Shown here: one piece after another, positions 20,512 to 34,003 of the stretch
How positions within the stretch are numbered: the first letter of the stretch is position 1
Layout: each line of letters opens with the position of its first letter
Assembly: GCA_902624655.1 (NCBI GenBank)
Contig: CACNYJ010000002.1
Coordinates: 69,771-133,770, forward strand
Direction of reading: 5' to 3'
From: an uncultured Thiothrix sp.
GTDB taxonomy: Bacteria > Pseudomonadota > Gammaproteobacteria > Poriferisulfidales > GCA-002705445
DNA length: 64,000 nucleotides
Translations under genes and position numbers: made by a program
The notes under the pieces: model-generated
Told to the model about the DNA's origin: nothing
Databases searched by the model: none
What the model saw: the letters and a program-made list of their open reading frames with translations, nothing else

Positions 20512-20925
20512 TGAGCAATCGTTTTTTAGAACGCCTCCTATAAATTCAGGCATATGATCAATATTACAATTTTTTTTATAAAATAAAATTTTTTCATTAA
20601 ATTTTTTTTCATCATCTACGTAAGCACCAAAGATTACACGATCAATTCTCGCTTCACAAATTGCTCCAATACACATGATACAGGGCTCCAAAGAAATATA
20701 TAAAGTTGTATTTTTTAGTCTATAATTATTTAACTTTTTACAAGCTCTTCTTATAACATTAATTTCAGCGTGTGAAGTTGGATCTTTGTCATTTATCGGA
20801 GAATTGTGTGACTCGAAGATTATTTCATTGTTTATAATTAACAATGCTCCTACTGGTATTTCCTTTAGAGTTTCAGATTTTTTTGCAAGTTCTATGCATT
20901 TTTTTATATAAGATTCGTCATTCAT
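20473..20925 (-). CDS. tadA: tRNA-specific adenosine deaminase
   Basis: 150 aa with the CDA zinc motifs HAEINVI and PCIMCIGAI. It is adjacent to mltF as in E. coli. Confidence 0.85.
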   Translation of the reverse strand: MNDESYIKKCIELAKKSETLKEIPVGALLIINNEIIFESHNSPINDKDPTSHAEINVIRRACKKLNNYRLKNTTLYISLEPCIMCIGAICEARIDRVIFGAYVDDEKKFNEKILFYKKNCNIDHMPEFIGGVLKNDCSLIIKNFFKRKRS

Positions 20926-21009
20926 CTATTATTTAAGTAATAATTGTTTTATATTAGTTAAGCATTTCAGTATTAATTTTATTTAATTAACTTTCAAGAG
21001 GAAAATAGT

Positions 21010-21558
21010 ATGGGCGATAGAATTGTAATGAGAGTGGCTGAATCACTTGTTGCAGGTGGTCCTCCGGGAACAGCTGCGGAACCTGAAGTTGTAATTGGAG
21101 AGCTAGATGGACCTGTAGGCACAGCTTTTGCAACTCTTCTTGGTGATCAAGTAAAGGGGCACTCAAGAGTCTTGGCAATTATGAACACAGATATTATGGT
21201 CAAGCCAGCAACAATAATGGTTAGTAAAGTAACAGTAAAAAATGAAAGATATACAAATATACTTATGGGCACTGTTCAAGGTGCAATCGCAAATGGTGTG
21301 CTTGATGCCGTAAGAAATGGAGATATTCCTAAAGAAAAAGCAAATGACTTAGGAATTATTGTATCAGTATGGCTTAACCCATCAGTAATAAAAGATGATA
21401 ATTTAGACCATAAGATTCTTTTTGATATACATAGAAAGGCAACTTCACAAGCAATAGCTAAAGCTATGAAAAATGAGCCAGATATTGATTGGTTACTCGA
21501 TAATCAAGAGAATATTATTCATAAATACTATCAAATGGGTCTTGACGGAAAAATATAA
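21010..21558 (+). CDS. fae: Formaldehyde-activating enzyme (Fae) family protein
   Basis: 182 aa, colinear with Fae (VAESLVAGG..., VIGELDGPVGTAF, GHSRVLAIMNTDIMVKPATIMVSKVTV, DAVRNGDIP). An AGAGG SD lies upstream. Confidence 0.65.
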   Translation: MGDRIVMRVAESLVAGGPPGTAAEPEVVIGELDGPVGTAFATLLGDQVKGHSRVLAIMNTDIMVKPATIMVSKVTVKNERYTNILMGTVQGAIANGVLDAVRNGDIPKEKANDLGIIVSVWLNPSVIKDDNLDHKILFDIHRKATSQAIAKAMKNEPDIDWLLDNQENIIHKYYQMGLDGKI

Positions 21559-21567
21559 GATAAAATT

Positions 21568-23049
21568 TTAATTTATAAAAATGTTAGGAACTGAATAAAT
21601 TTCATAATTGAAAAAATATTTTAATAGGAAATAAGATACTATCGTTACTAAAAAAATTGAAATTATATTTAATATAATTCCTGTTTTGACCATATTTTTA
21701 ATTGATATCTTGCCGCTACCAAATATTACAGCATTTGGTGGCGTTGCAACTGGGAGCATAAATGCACAGCTCGCTGCAATAGTACATGGAATTGCAAAGA
21801 AAAGTGGATTTACATTTATACCAATAGCAAAAGCTATGAGTATAGGCGCAAATGTTGCAATTGTTGCTGTATTTGAATTTAATTCTGTTAAAAAAATAAT
21901 TAATGCCACAAAGATAATAATAAGAATAAAAATATTATATCCATCAAAGAATAAAGAAAAACTACCTATCCAATTAGCAAGGCCTGTAATATTAAATGCT
22001 TTGGAAAGTGCAATACCACCTCCTACCAGTAATAAAACGCCCCATGGAATCTTGTTTGCTGTATCCCAGCTACATGCTCTTTGATTTTTTTTTATTGGAA
22101 TAATAAATAAAAGTAATGCTCCAAATAATCCTATTGAGGTATCGTTTATATTTAAGTCAAAACTACTATTTATAAATCTTCTAAACATCCATAATGAGGC
22201 AGTTAGAATAAAAACCATAGCAACAATTTTTTCAGCATTGGAAGATTTTCCAATATCCTCTTTAAGCTTTACTAATGTTATTTGCAAAGCGTCTGATTTA
22301 TTATTTGGCACCTTAAAAATTATATTTGTTAAGAAAAACCATACAACTGGAAGTAAAATTATAGTTATCGGGAATCCAACTTTAAACCAATCAAAAAAGC
22401 TTATATCATAGTTATAATTTTCGCTTAAAATACTGGCCAACATTACGTTTGTTGGTGTACCTATCAAGGTTGCTACTCCACCTATAGATGCTGAATATGC
22501 AATAGCTAATAATAAGGGAACTGTAAGACTGCTCTCTTCAGATTTTATTTGGTTAGCAAATATAGCTATAACAGAAGTAGCTATTGGCAACATCATTATT
22601 GTAGATGCGGTATTGCTAACCCACATACTAATTGAAGCTGTTGCAATCATAAAGCCAGCAATAATTTTACTTGGGCTCGTTCCAGAGATAGATAAAATAT
22701 TAATTGCTATCCTTTTATGAAGGCCGCAAGACTCCATGGCGGAAGCAATTATAAATCCCCCTAAAAATAATAGAACTAGGGGGTGTGCATATGAATTTGA
22801 AATTTCTTGAATTTCAAAAATATTAAAAAATGGAAAAAGTATTATTGGAATTATTCCTGTAACATAAATTGGAACAGCTTCAGTTACCCACCAAATTGTC
22901 ATTAAAATTGCTACTCCAGCAGTTATCCAGCCAGAATAACTTAAATTTTCTGGCGGCTCAGAAATGATGAACAATAAAAAGAAAAGTATTCCTATGGAGA
23001 GGCCGTATAAAGAAAACGTATCTCTATCAATCATATTATTCCCATTCAA
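21568..23049 (-). CDS. DASS/SLC13-family Na+-coupled anion (dicarboxylate/sulfate) symporter (probable start at the internal MIDRD, ~23034)
   Basis: 493 aa polytopic protein carrying the paired SNTAST and TPPN hairpin motifs of the DASS family. Confidence 0.65.
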   Translation of the reverse strand: MNGNNMIDRDTFSLYGLSIGILFFLLFIISEPPENLSYSGWITAGVAILMTIWWVTEAVPIYVTGIIPIILFPFFNIFEIQEISNSYAHPLVLLFLGGFIIASAMESCGLHKRIAINILSISGTSPSKIIAGFMIATASISMWVSNTASTIMMLPIATSVIAIFANQIKSEESSLTVPLLLAIAYSASIGGVATLIGTPTNVMLASILSENYNYDISFFDWFKVGFPITIILLPVVWFFLTNIIFKVPNNKSDALQITLVKLKEDIGKSSNAEKIVAMVFILTASLWMFRRFINSSFDLNINDTSIGLFGALLLFIIPIKKNQRACSWDTANKIPWGVLLLVGGGIALSKAFNITGLANWIGSFSLFFDGYNIFILIIIFVALIIFLTELNSNTATIATFAPILIAFAIGINVNPLFFAIPCTIAASCAFMLPVATPPNAVIFGSGKISIKNMVKTGIILNIISIFLVTIVSYFLLKYFFNYEIYSVPNIFIN

Positions 23050-24573
23050 TTGTTGCAGGCGGCTTAGAAGATATATCTAGGCAAACGCGGGAAATTCCAG
23101 GAACTTCATTTATAATTCTTGAAGATACCTCCTCTAAAAAATCAAACGGAAAATTAAATGGTTTGGCTGTCATAAAATCAATTGTCTTTACAGCTCTCAA
23201 AGATAAAACATTTCCATATGATCTGCCATCGCCAGTAACGCCAACTGATTTGACTGGCATGAAAACCGTAAATGCTTGAGATATTTGTTCATACATATTT
23301 TTTTCATGAAGCATATTTATAAAAATATTATCTGCTTCTCTTAACAAGTCTGCATATTCTTTTTTAACCTCGCCAAGTATCCTTACTGCTAATCCAGGCC
23401 CGGGGAAAGGATGTCTATTTATCAATTCTTTTTTTATACCAAGCTCTATTCCAAGCTTTCTTACTTCATCCTTAAAAAGTTCTCTTAATGGCTCAACAAG
23501 TTTTAAGTTCATTTCCTTTGGTAAACCACCTACATTGTGGTGCGACTTTATTAAATGCGCATTTTTAGAAGAAGCGGCTGATTCAATTACATCTGGATAA
23601 ATAGTCCCTTGAGCAAGCCATTTTACATTATTTATTCTTTTTGCTTCACTTTGAAAAACATCTATAAATGTCTTTCCTATAATCTTTCTTTTTTCCTCAG
23701 GATCAAAAACACCTTTTAGTCTATCCAAGAATAAATTTGATGAATCAACATAAAGTATTTTTATATTATTGAAGTCTTTGAAGCTTTGCATAACTTGTTC
23801 TTTTTCATTCAGCCTTAAAAGTCCGTTATCAATAAAAATACATGTAAGCTGATTTTCTATAGCTTTATGCAAAATTCCTGCTGCAACTGAGGAATCAACT
23901 CCTCCAGAGAGACCTAATATTACATTATCTTCTTTGACTTTATCTTGAATAGAAGAGATTTGTTGAGTGATAATATTTTTTGTAGTCCATTCAGACTTTG
24001 AATTACAAATTTTGTTTACAAAATTATAAATTATTTTTCCATTATCAAGTGTATGCGTTACTTCTGGATGAAACTGTATTCCATATACTTCTTTATTCTT
24101 CATTTTTACAGCAGAAAGACTTTTTGTTTTTGTTGAGGCAATTACATCAAAATCATCTGATATTTTTGTAACGCTATCTCCATGAGACATCCAAACTTCA
24201 ACAAATTTATTTACATTCTCGAATATTTTATTTTCTTTTATAATTTCTAATTCTGCTCTACCATATTCTCTAGAAGATGAACCTTTGACAGTACCCCCAA
24301 ATTTTTTACAAATTAGCTGCATTCCAAAACAAATTCCTAGAATTGGAAGATCTGCTTCAAAAATAGAATTTGGTAAGTCATTGCTATCGTCGTTCACTGT
24401 TGAGTTTGGTCCACCGGATAAAATAATTCCTATTACGTTATTAAAATCTTTAAAATTATTCAGCTTAGACGGAAGTATAACTTCGCAGTATGAATTATTT
24501 TCTCTAACTCTTCTTGAGATTAATTGTGTATATTGGGAACCGTAATCTACAACTAGTATTGTCTGACCTTGCA

Positions 24574-24574
<1 letters not shown>
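23036..24574 (-). CDS. guaA: GMP synthase (glutamine-hydrolysing)
   Basis: 512 aa with a GATase domain (GICFGMQL) and an ATP-PPase P-loop SGGVDSSV. Confidence 0.95.
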
Positions 24575-27469
<2,895 letters not shown>

Positions 27470-27473
<4 letters not shown>

Positions 27474-27715
27474 TCTTCATTTTCAGCAGTAGTATCAGGC
27501 TCCTCTGCCTTATCTTTTTGCCATACCCACGGTGTTTCTTGACAAATTGCAAAATAAATATAAACGTTTATTAATAGAATTGCCAACAACGCAAACGCTG
27601 CTCCAAGTGTCCATAAGATGTCGTGTTGATTACTTGCAAAACCAAATAAATTCATGCCCCAGAAACTTAAAGAGGTAAATATAATCATCACAACGCCAGC
27701 TATATATTCTCTCAA
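27470..27715 (-). CDS. Small two-helix membrane protein, hypothetical
   Basis: 81 aa with two hydrophobic helices and an acidic C-terminus. It lies downstream of the reductase gene. Existence uncertain. Confidence 0.35.
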
Positions 27716-27771
27716 TTTATTCTCCTACATTCTTATTTTTGCAGAATGATAGCATAGTTTATTTGGATTAT

Positions 27772-28842
27772 CTATTTTGAGCCAGAATCTAGGAACTTGT
27801 CAAAGAAGATTTCTTCATTTGGCATACCTTCGGCTGTAAACTCTTTAATTGCAGCATCAATCATTGGAGGTGGGCCACAAAGAAAACCTTGGCAGTCTTT
27901 CATATTAAGTTTACCTTTTTCAATATAATCTGATTTAAGAAAATCGGTAACCATTCCTCGAGCTCCGGTCCAGTCTGAATCTTCGGGCTCCATATTTAAG
28001 ACGTATACATATTCAAATTTGAAATTAGGATTCCACTTCTTTTGAATTTCCTCAAGCTCGGCCTGACTATATATATCTTCTTGAGTTCTTGCGCCGAATA
28101 AGAAAACGGCATCTCTTTCTACTTGATCAATAGCTGCTTGCTCTAAAACAGCTTTAACAGCACTCATGCCGCTTCCGCCAGCAATACATACCATCGTCCC
28201 TTTTCCATCTCTATAATAAAAAGAACCGTAAGGAGTATTTACCTCAATTTTTTGCCCCGTTGGATCCTTGCCAAAAAGCCATCTACTAAATCTTCCTTTT
28301 GGAACATTTCTAATGAAAAAAGTTAACTCATCAGGATTTTCGTTTTGAGGTGCTTTAGCAAAAGAGTAAGATCTTGTGCTACCAACCTGCTTTACTAGTA
28401 GCTCAGAATATTGACCAGCTGCTCCATTGTGTTCTAGTCCGTCAACACCAATCGTGAGTTCAATTATATCATGAGTTAGTGAAGTAACTTTTTTAACTCT
28501 TCCCATATAATTTTTTGTAGCGCTAGCTTTGGCATCACCATCAATAGCAACATCAATACTCACAGGAGTAGTAGCTCGAGACTGACAAGCTAATATCATA
28601 CCATCATCAAGTTGCTGTCCATCTAATACATAACTGAAATCTGCTGTAGCTTTGATTTTACCATCAGTTAATTTACAGGCACATGAACCGCAACTTCCGA
28701 CTCTGCAATCATGCGGGAATGCGACGCCAGCTTTTAAAGCTGCATCCAGAATATTTTGATCAGGCTCGACATCAAACTTATATTGATCATTGTTTAGACT
28801 GACTTCCTGAGGCTCTTTCTTTTTACCTAATCCAAATACCAT
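27772..28842 (-). CDS. Ferredoxin-NAD(P)+ oxidoreductase with an N-terminal plant-type 2Fe-2S domain (MmoC/BenC/XylZ-type oxygenase reductase component)
   Basis: CRVGSCGSCAC...C cluster motif, FAD-binding RSYSFA, NAD-binding GGSGMSA and a C-terminal CGPPPMIDAA...FFDKF. Confidence 0.75.
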   Translation of the reverse strand: MVFGLGKKKEPQEVSLNNDQYKFDVEPDQNILDAALKAGVAFPHDCRVGSCGSCACKLTDGKIKATADFSYVLDGQQLDDGMILACQSRATTPVSIDVAIDGDAKASATKNYMGRVKKVTSLTHDIIELTIGVDGLEHNGAAGQYSELLVKQVGSTRSYSFAKAPQNENPDELTFFIRNVPKGRFSRWLFGKDPTGQKIEVNTPYGSFYYRDGKGTMVCIAGGSGMSAVKAVLEQAAIDQVERDAVFLFGARTQEDIYSQAELEEIQKKWNPNFKFEYVYVLNMEPEDSDWTGARGMVTDFLKSDYIEKGKLNMKDCQGFLCGPPPMIDAAIKEFTAEGMPNEEIFFDKFLDSGSK

Positions 28843-28931
28843 AAATACTAATTCCTTGTGTCTATAACCACTAACTTAGTTAATTAACGTTAAATTTTCC
28901 AGTATCCAAAACCTATACTACGGGCTGATAC

Positions 28932-29615
28932 TTAGCTTTCTAAAACATTGATTGCTACGTTTCTTAATGTTCCTGAATCTACGTCTTCTTTTGTTGGCAA
29001 ACATGTAAATGGAATAATATCTTCTTTACTAGTTGCTGGATGAGCTTTCACTGCTGTACACCATTCACTTACTTTTGCTCTCGAAGAGACAACATCACTA
29101 TTACCTGAAATTTCTAAAGCATTTACACACGCCATCCAATGAATGTCGGCTAGAGAAAATTCCCCGCATATGTAAACGTCTCTTTTTAGTTTTGGGTCTG
29201 TTGGATTAGTTAAAATTTTTTCAAGGACATCGAAAGCTTTGTTAACAGTATCCATGTTACCGCCTGAACCAGTTAACATACCGTAAGCTTCCATTTGAAC
29301 ATAATCGGATGCAATATGAGCATATTGATACATAATAGCTCTGATGACTCCGTTCCTTGGAATTAAGGACGGTCCAAAGCCTTTATCATCTAAGTAAGAA
29401 ATTATTGCATTTGGGCCATAGACAATATTATCTAAATCTTTCAATACTGGAGCACTATGCAAAGGAGACATTTCTGCAGCTTCTTCTCCACTATTAATTT
29501 TATGTACTTCAACATCTACTCCTTTTTCTCCAGCTGTTTGCAATATTTTAGCTGTATTAATACAACTTGGATTGCCAAATAATTGCATAGCCGATGCTAA
29601 TTTATCACCGATCAT
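28932..29615 (-). CDS. Glutathione S-transferase-like protein
   Basis: 227 aa with an N-terminal thioredoxin-fold GST pattern (LFGNPSCINTAKIL...SPLHSAPVL...GPNAIISYL) and a helical C-terminal domain. Confidence 0.6.
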   Translation of the reverse strand: MIGDKLASAMQLFGNPSCINTAKILQTAGEKGVDVEVHKINSGEEAAEMSPLHSAPVLKDLDNIVYGPNAIISYLDDKGFGPSLIPRNGVIRAIMYQYAHIASDYVQMEAYGMLTGSGGNMDTVNKAFDVLEKILTNPTDPKLKRDVYICGEFSLADIHWMACVNALEISGNSDVVSSRAKVSEWCTAVKAHPATSKEDIIPFTCLPTKEDVDSGTLRNVAINVLES

Positions 29616-29647
29616 ATCTTCCCTCCTAAGAGAATATTATTTTTTTT

Positions 29648-29842
29648 TTAACTTTCTATTCTTAAAGCGCCAGAAGGACATTCTGAAACAACATCAGCAA
29701 TTTTCTCCTCCGAACTTGCTTCTGTGTCAATTATAAACTTTCCATCTTCCACTTTAAATACTTCTGGTGCTCCTTGTACACACTTACCTGCATGAATACA
29801 AACACTTTCGTCCCATGATACTTTCATATCAATTCTCCTCAT
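29648..29842 (-). CDS. Small mono-cluster ferredoxin (3Fe-4S / P450-associated type); likely start at the internal MKVS (29827)
   Basis: CIHAGKC...APEVF...CPSGAL, a three-Cys pattern typical of small [3Fe-4S] ferredoxins. Confidence 0.55.
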   Translation of the reverse strand: MRRIDMKVSWDESVCIHAGKCVQGAPEVFKVEDGKFIIDTEASSEEKIADVVSECPSGALRIES

Positions 29843-29930
29843 TTATTAAACTTCGAGGTCTATTTTACCCAAAAATATTATCTCTGCAAAGGAATATATA
29901 TATATAAAGTAATATATATTTGGATAAAAA

Positions 29931-30305
29931 CTATGATTTTTTGAAAGTTAAACTTAAAGAATTTATACAATATCGTTTTCCAGTAGGTTCTGGCCCATCA
30001 TCAAATACATGGCCTAAATGACTACCGCAATTGGAACATTGGACCTCAATTCTGCTCATACCTAAGCTATGATCCTCAATTTTTTTAATATTTTTATTGT
30101 TTGATGGAGATGAAAAACTTGGCCACCCCGAACCTGAGTTATATTTGGATTTAGATGAGAATAGTTCTAATTTGCAACACTTACATAAGTAGGATCCAGA
30201 TTCGTAAAACTTGTCATACACTCCTGAGAATGCGGGTTCAGTCCCTTTTTTTCTACAAACATAATATTCTTCAGATGATAATAAATTTTTCCAATCTTTT
30301 TGCAT
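29931..30305 (-). CDS. msrB: Peptide methionine-(R)-S-oxide reductase
   Basis: 124 aa with two CxxC pairs and GWPSF...RIEVQCSNCGSHLGHVFDDGP. Confidence 0.9.
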   Translation of the reverse strand: MQKDWKNLLSSEEYYVCRKKGTEPAFSGVYDKFYESGSYLCKCCKLELFSSKSKYNSGSGWPSFSSPSNNKNIKKIEDHSLGMSRIEVQCSNCGSHLGHVFDDGPEPTGKRYCINSLSLTFKKS

Positions 30306-30314
30306 TCGGAATCT

Positions 30315-32390
30315 CTACTCAACACCTTTCATTGTAAGTTTTATTCTTCCTTGTTTATCAATTTCAAGAACTTTTACTTTGACAATTTCTCCTTCCTTGA
30401 CTTTGTCTGTTACATTCTCAACTCTTTCTTCACATATTTGTGAGATATGAACAAGTCCGTCTTTGCCAGGAAGAACGGTAACAAAAGCACCAAAGTCCAT
30501 AATTTTTGTAACTTTACCCTCGTATATTTTGTCGACTTCAACATCCGCTGTTAGTTGTTCAATTTTACTTTTTGCAAGTTCCGCTGCAGATTTGTCCACT
30601 GAAGAAATTTTTATTAAGCCACTGTCGTCAATATCAATCACTGCGCCTGTTTCTTCTGTAAGTGATCTAATAGTTGCTCCACCTTTTCCAATAACATCTC
30701 TAACTTTGTCTGATTTAACTTGAAGTGTAATAAATCTAGGAGCGTTTTCAGAAACTTCTTTGCGCGAAGCATCAATAACTTTTGCCATTTCTTTTAGGAT
30801 ATGGATTCTTCCATTTTTTGCTTGATCTAATGCTACCTTCATAATTTGTTCTGTAATTCCGTTAATTTTAATATCCATTTGTAAAGCAGTGACACCTTCA
30901 GCAGTTCCAGCAACTTTAAAGTCCATGTCTCCTAAGTGATCCTCGTCACCTAGAATATCCGAGAGTACAACATAATTATCATTATCTTTAATTAAACCCA
31001 TTGCAATTCCTGCAACTGGAGCAACTAAAGGCACGCCTGCATCCATTAATGAAAGACTTGAACCACAAACACTTGCCATGGAACTTGAACCATTTGACTC
31101 TGTGATTTCTGATACAACTCTTATTACATAGGGAAACTCATCCATTTTTGGAAGTACTGCTTGAATTGCTCTTTTTGCTAATTTTCCATGTCCAATTTCT
31201 CTTCTTTTTGGCGACCCAACAAAACCTACTTCACCAACAGAAAAAGGGGGGAAATTATAATGGAGCATAAATTTATCTTCATATTTTCCATCTATTGCAT
31301 CAATTATTTGGCCATCTCTATCTGTACCTAACGTTGCAACAACTATTGCCTGCGTCTCGCCTCTAGTAAATAGAGCGCTGCCGTGAGTTTTCGGTAACAT
31401 ACCAACTTCTATAGAGATATCTCTCACCGTCTCATTATCTCTTCCATCTATTCTTGGTTTCCCAGATAATATGTTTTGTCTAACTATATCCTTTTGCAAT
31501 TTATGAATTGAAGCTTCGATCGAACTTTTTTTTGAGTCATTTTCATCATTGAATTTTTCGATGGCTTGTTGTCTTATCTCAGATAATTTAACTCCTCTCT
31601 CAGCCTTATCAGAAATTCGATATGCATCTGAAATACTTTCCTTAAAAAATTCGTAAACATCTGTCTCTAAATCTTCGTACTCATTAATTGGTTTTTCCCA
31701 ACTATAATCATTGCTCCCAAAATCCCTAACAAACTCATTAATTTCTTTAATTAAATTTTGCATTTTATTATGGCCAAAAGCGACGGCGCCTAACATAATT
31801 TCTTCACTAAGCATTTTTGCTTCAGATTCAACCATTAGAACCCCGTCTTCTGTTCCAGCAACCATTAAATCTAATTCAGAATCACTTAATTCTGTTTTCG
31901 TTGGGTTCAATATATAACTACCATTTTTATAACCTACTCTTGCAGCGCCTAAAGTTCCCTGAAACGGAAGACCAGATATTTTTAGAGCTGCAGATGCTCC
32001 AATCATTGAAGCAACATCTGCATCAATTTCATTATTTAAACTCATAACTGTACAAATAATTTGAACCTCGTGGCTAAATTCTTTAGGGAACAATGGTCTT
32101 ATTGGTCTGTCAATTAGTCTTGAAGTGAGAGTCTCTTTTTCAGAGGGTCTTCCCTCTCTTTTAAAGTATCCTCCGGGAATTTTTCCTGCAGCATATGTTT
32201 TTTCTTGGTAATTTACTGTTAAAGGAAAAAAATCTTTTGATTGTCCATCATCTTTTGCGACTAATGTAGTCAAAACTACAGTTCCTTCAATATTAACAAG
32301 AACTGAGCTGTTGGCTTGCCTAGCAATCTGACCAGTCTCTAGTTGGACTTCACAATTTCCGTAACGGAACTTTCTTATTAAAGGTTTCAT
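30315..32390 (-). CDS. pnp: Polynucleotide phosphorylase
   Basis: 691 aa with two RNase PH domains, KH and S1. Conserved rpsO-pnp linkage. Confidence 0.95.
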   Translation of the reverse strand: MKPLIRKFRYGNCEVQLETGQIARQANSSVLVNIEGTVVLTTLVAKDDGQSKDFFPLTVNYQEKTYAAGKIPGGYFKREGRPSEKETLTSRLIDRPIRPLFPKEFSHEVQIICTVMSLNNEIDADVASMIGASAALKISGLPFQGTLGAARVGYKNGSYILNPTKTELSDSELDLMVAGTEDGVLMVESEAKMLSEEIMLGAVAFGHNKMQNLIKEINEFVRDFGSNDYSWEKPINEYEDLETDVYEFFKESISDAYRISDKAERGVKLSEIRQQAIEKFNDENDSKKSSIEASIHKLQKDIVRQNILSGKPRIDGRDNETVRDISIEVGMLPKTHGSALFTRGETQAIVVATLGTDRDGQIIDAIDGKYEDKFMLHYNFPPFSVGEVGFVGSPKRREIGHGKLAKRAIQAVLPKMDEFPYVIRVVSEITESNGSSSMASVCGSSLSLMDAGVPLVAPVAGIAMGLIKDNDNYVVLSDILGDEDHLGDMDFKVAGTAEGVTALQMDIKINGITEQIMKVALDQAKNGRIHILKEMAKVIDASRKEVSENAPRFITLQVKSDKVRDVIGKGGATIRSLTEETGAVIDIDDSGLIKISSVDKSAAELAKSKIEQLTADVEVDKIYEGKVTKIMDFGAFVTVLPGKDGLVHISQICEERVENVTDKVKEGEIVKVKVLEIDKQGRIKLTMKGVE

Positions 32391-32405
32391 TTATTTTCTC
32401 TGGAG

Positions 32406-32675
32406 TTATCTTCTTAGTCCTAATGATGAGATTAGACTCTGATATCTATCAATATTCTTTTTCTTTAAATAATCTAGAAGCTTTCTTCTGGTATTTACCA
32501 TTTTTAATAACCCATGACGAGAATGATGATCTTTTTTATGAATATTAAAATGTTCGCTTAAAAACTCAATTCTTTTTGATAGAAGAGCTATTTGTATTTC
32601 GGGTGAACCAGTGTCTGATGCGCCTGATTGATATTGCTCTATAACCTTGCTCTTTTCTTCAGTTGTTAATGCCAT
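32406..32675 (-). CDS. rpsO: 30S ribosomal protein S15 (start at the internal MALTTEEK; the ORF track extends to 32717)
   Basis: [28 protein letters not shown] is near-identical to bacterial S15. Confidence 0.9.
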   Translation of the reverse strand: MALTTEEKSKVIEQYQSGASDTGSPEIQIALLSKRIEFLSEHFNIHKKDHHSRHGLLKMVNTRRKLLDYLKKKNIDRYQSLISSLGLRR

Positions 32676-32746
32676 ATGTTTTTCTTTTATCTCTAATTTA
32701 AGGGCGCATTCTACCACGTTATATTAATCATACAAACATTAAGTTT

Positions 32747-33631
32747 TTATACTAAAATTTTTTTGGGTAGAAGCTCAAGTTGCTCATTTATAACCCCAAT
32801 TCCAATAAATTGCTTACTTTGGTCATATATTTTTACATTTGAACAAGGTTTATCATCTGTTTTCACCTTATTGCCATTTAATATATGAGTTTTTTCTTGT
32901 GAAGAAGCAATATATGAATAAGTATTGTTTAATAATTTATCGACATTTATAGTGTGTTTCTTAACATCTTGAGCGTTTTGTAAAGAAAGAAAATCATCTA
33001 AAGTCACAGAATTAGAAATATTAATATCTTTAATTTGGGTTCTTACTAATTTTTTTAGAAAAGCACCACACCCTATTTCCTCTCCAATTTGTTCGACTAA
33101 CGTTCTTATATATGTGCCTTTCGAACAACTTACATTAATTCCTAAATGTTTTGAATCGATTTTCTTAATTTCAATTTTAAAAATTTCAATTGTTCTTGAT
33201 TTTCTATTTACCGATATACCCTCTCGCGCATAATCGTAAAGTCTTCTTCCATTGTACTTTATAGCAGAAAACATTGGCGGAACTTGAGATATTTTTCCTG
33301 TATATTTTTTCTCAAGTATTTTCAAATCTGTTATATTTAATTTTGGGATAGGATTTCCATTTGATATTAAACCATCCCCATCTCCTGTAGACGAAATCTT
33401 GCCCAGCCTTGCAACTGCTTCATATTTTTTATCAGCTTCTGAAAAATATGAGCATAATTTTGTTGCTTTATTAAGGAATATAATAAGAAGACCACTTGCC
33501 ATAGGATCAAGTGTTCCTGAAAAACCAGCTTTTTTTTGCTTTAGCTTTTTTTTTATCTCTTTTAAAGTATTGTTGGAAGAAATTCCAGATGGTTTATTTA
33601 TTAATATGCAGCTTTGTTTAAAATCATACAT
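32747..33631 (-). CDS. truB: tRNA pseudouridine(55) synthase
   Basis: GTLDPMASGLL catalytic-Asp motif and a PUA-like C-terminus. Confidence 0.9.
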   Translation of the reverse strand: MYDFKQSCILINKPSGISSNNTLKEIKKKLKQKKAGFSGTLDPMASGLLIIFLNKATKLCSYFSEADKKYEAVARLGKISSTGDGDGLISNGNPIPKLNITDLKILEKKYTGKISQVPPMFSAIKYNGRRLYDYAREGISVNRKSRTIEIFKIEIKKIDSKHLGINVSCSKGTYIRTLVEQIGEEIGCGAFLKKLVRTQIKDINISNSVTLDDFLSLQNAQDVKKHTINVDKLLNNTYSYIASSQEKTHILNGNKVKTDDKPCSNVKIYDQSKQFIGIGVINEQLELLPKKILV

Positions 33632-33637
33632 TTTTGT

Positions 33638-34003
33638 TCAACGTAGATTTTTATTAATTAGTTTCTCAAGTTCAAAGGCCTTCGCCTCTGTGTCGTCATA
33701 TATAAATCTCAGGTTAGGCACTGATCGTAAATTAGAATTTTTTGACATAATTTTTTTAAAAAATAGTTTTGAAGAGTTTATGGTTTTTATAATTAACTTT
33801 ATCTCCTCAGGTCTTCTTTTTGTATTATTAAAAATTACAAAAAATATTTTTGCGTTTTTAAGATCTTTTGATACTTCAACATCCGTTACTATTACATCCT
33901 TTATCCTTTGATCATTAATATCATTTTGAATAATTTGAGCAATTTCTTTTTTAATTACAGAGGCAATTCTGTGAGTTCTTTGATTATCAGAATCGTATTT
34001 CAT
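33638..34003 (-). CDS. rbfA: Ribosome-binding factor A
   Basis: 121 aa KH-like RbfA. Conserved position between infB and truB. Confidence 0.9.
   Translation of the reverse strand: MKYDSDNQRTHRIASVIKKEIAQIIQNDINDQRIKDVIVTDVEVSKDLKNAKIFFVIFNNTKRRPEEIKLIIKTINSSKLFFKKIMSKNSNLRSVPNLRFIYDDTEAKAFELEKLINKNLR

Noticed and set aside
20987-21178. Minus-strand 63-aa ORF overlapping the start of the Fae-like gene
   Set aside because: It is antisense to a well-supported CDS and has a Leu/Gln/Pro-rich low-complexity translation. Spurious.
27772-28842. Alternative identity of the 2Fe-2S/FNR reductase as Na+-NQR subunit F
   Set aside because: NqrF has an N-terminal transmembrane helix and sits in an nqrABCDEF operon. 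This protein has no hydrophobic N-terminus and no nqr neighbours. It fits the soluble oxygenase-reductase (MmoC/BenC) layout better.
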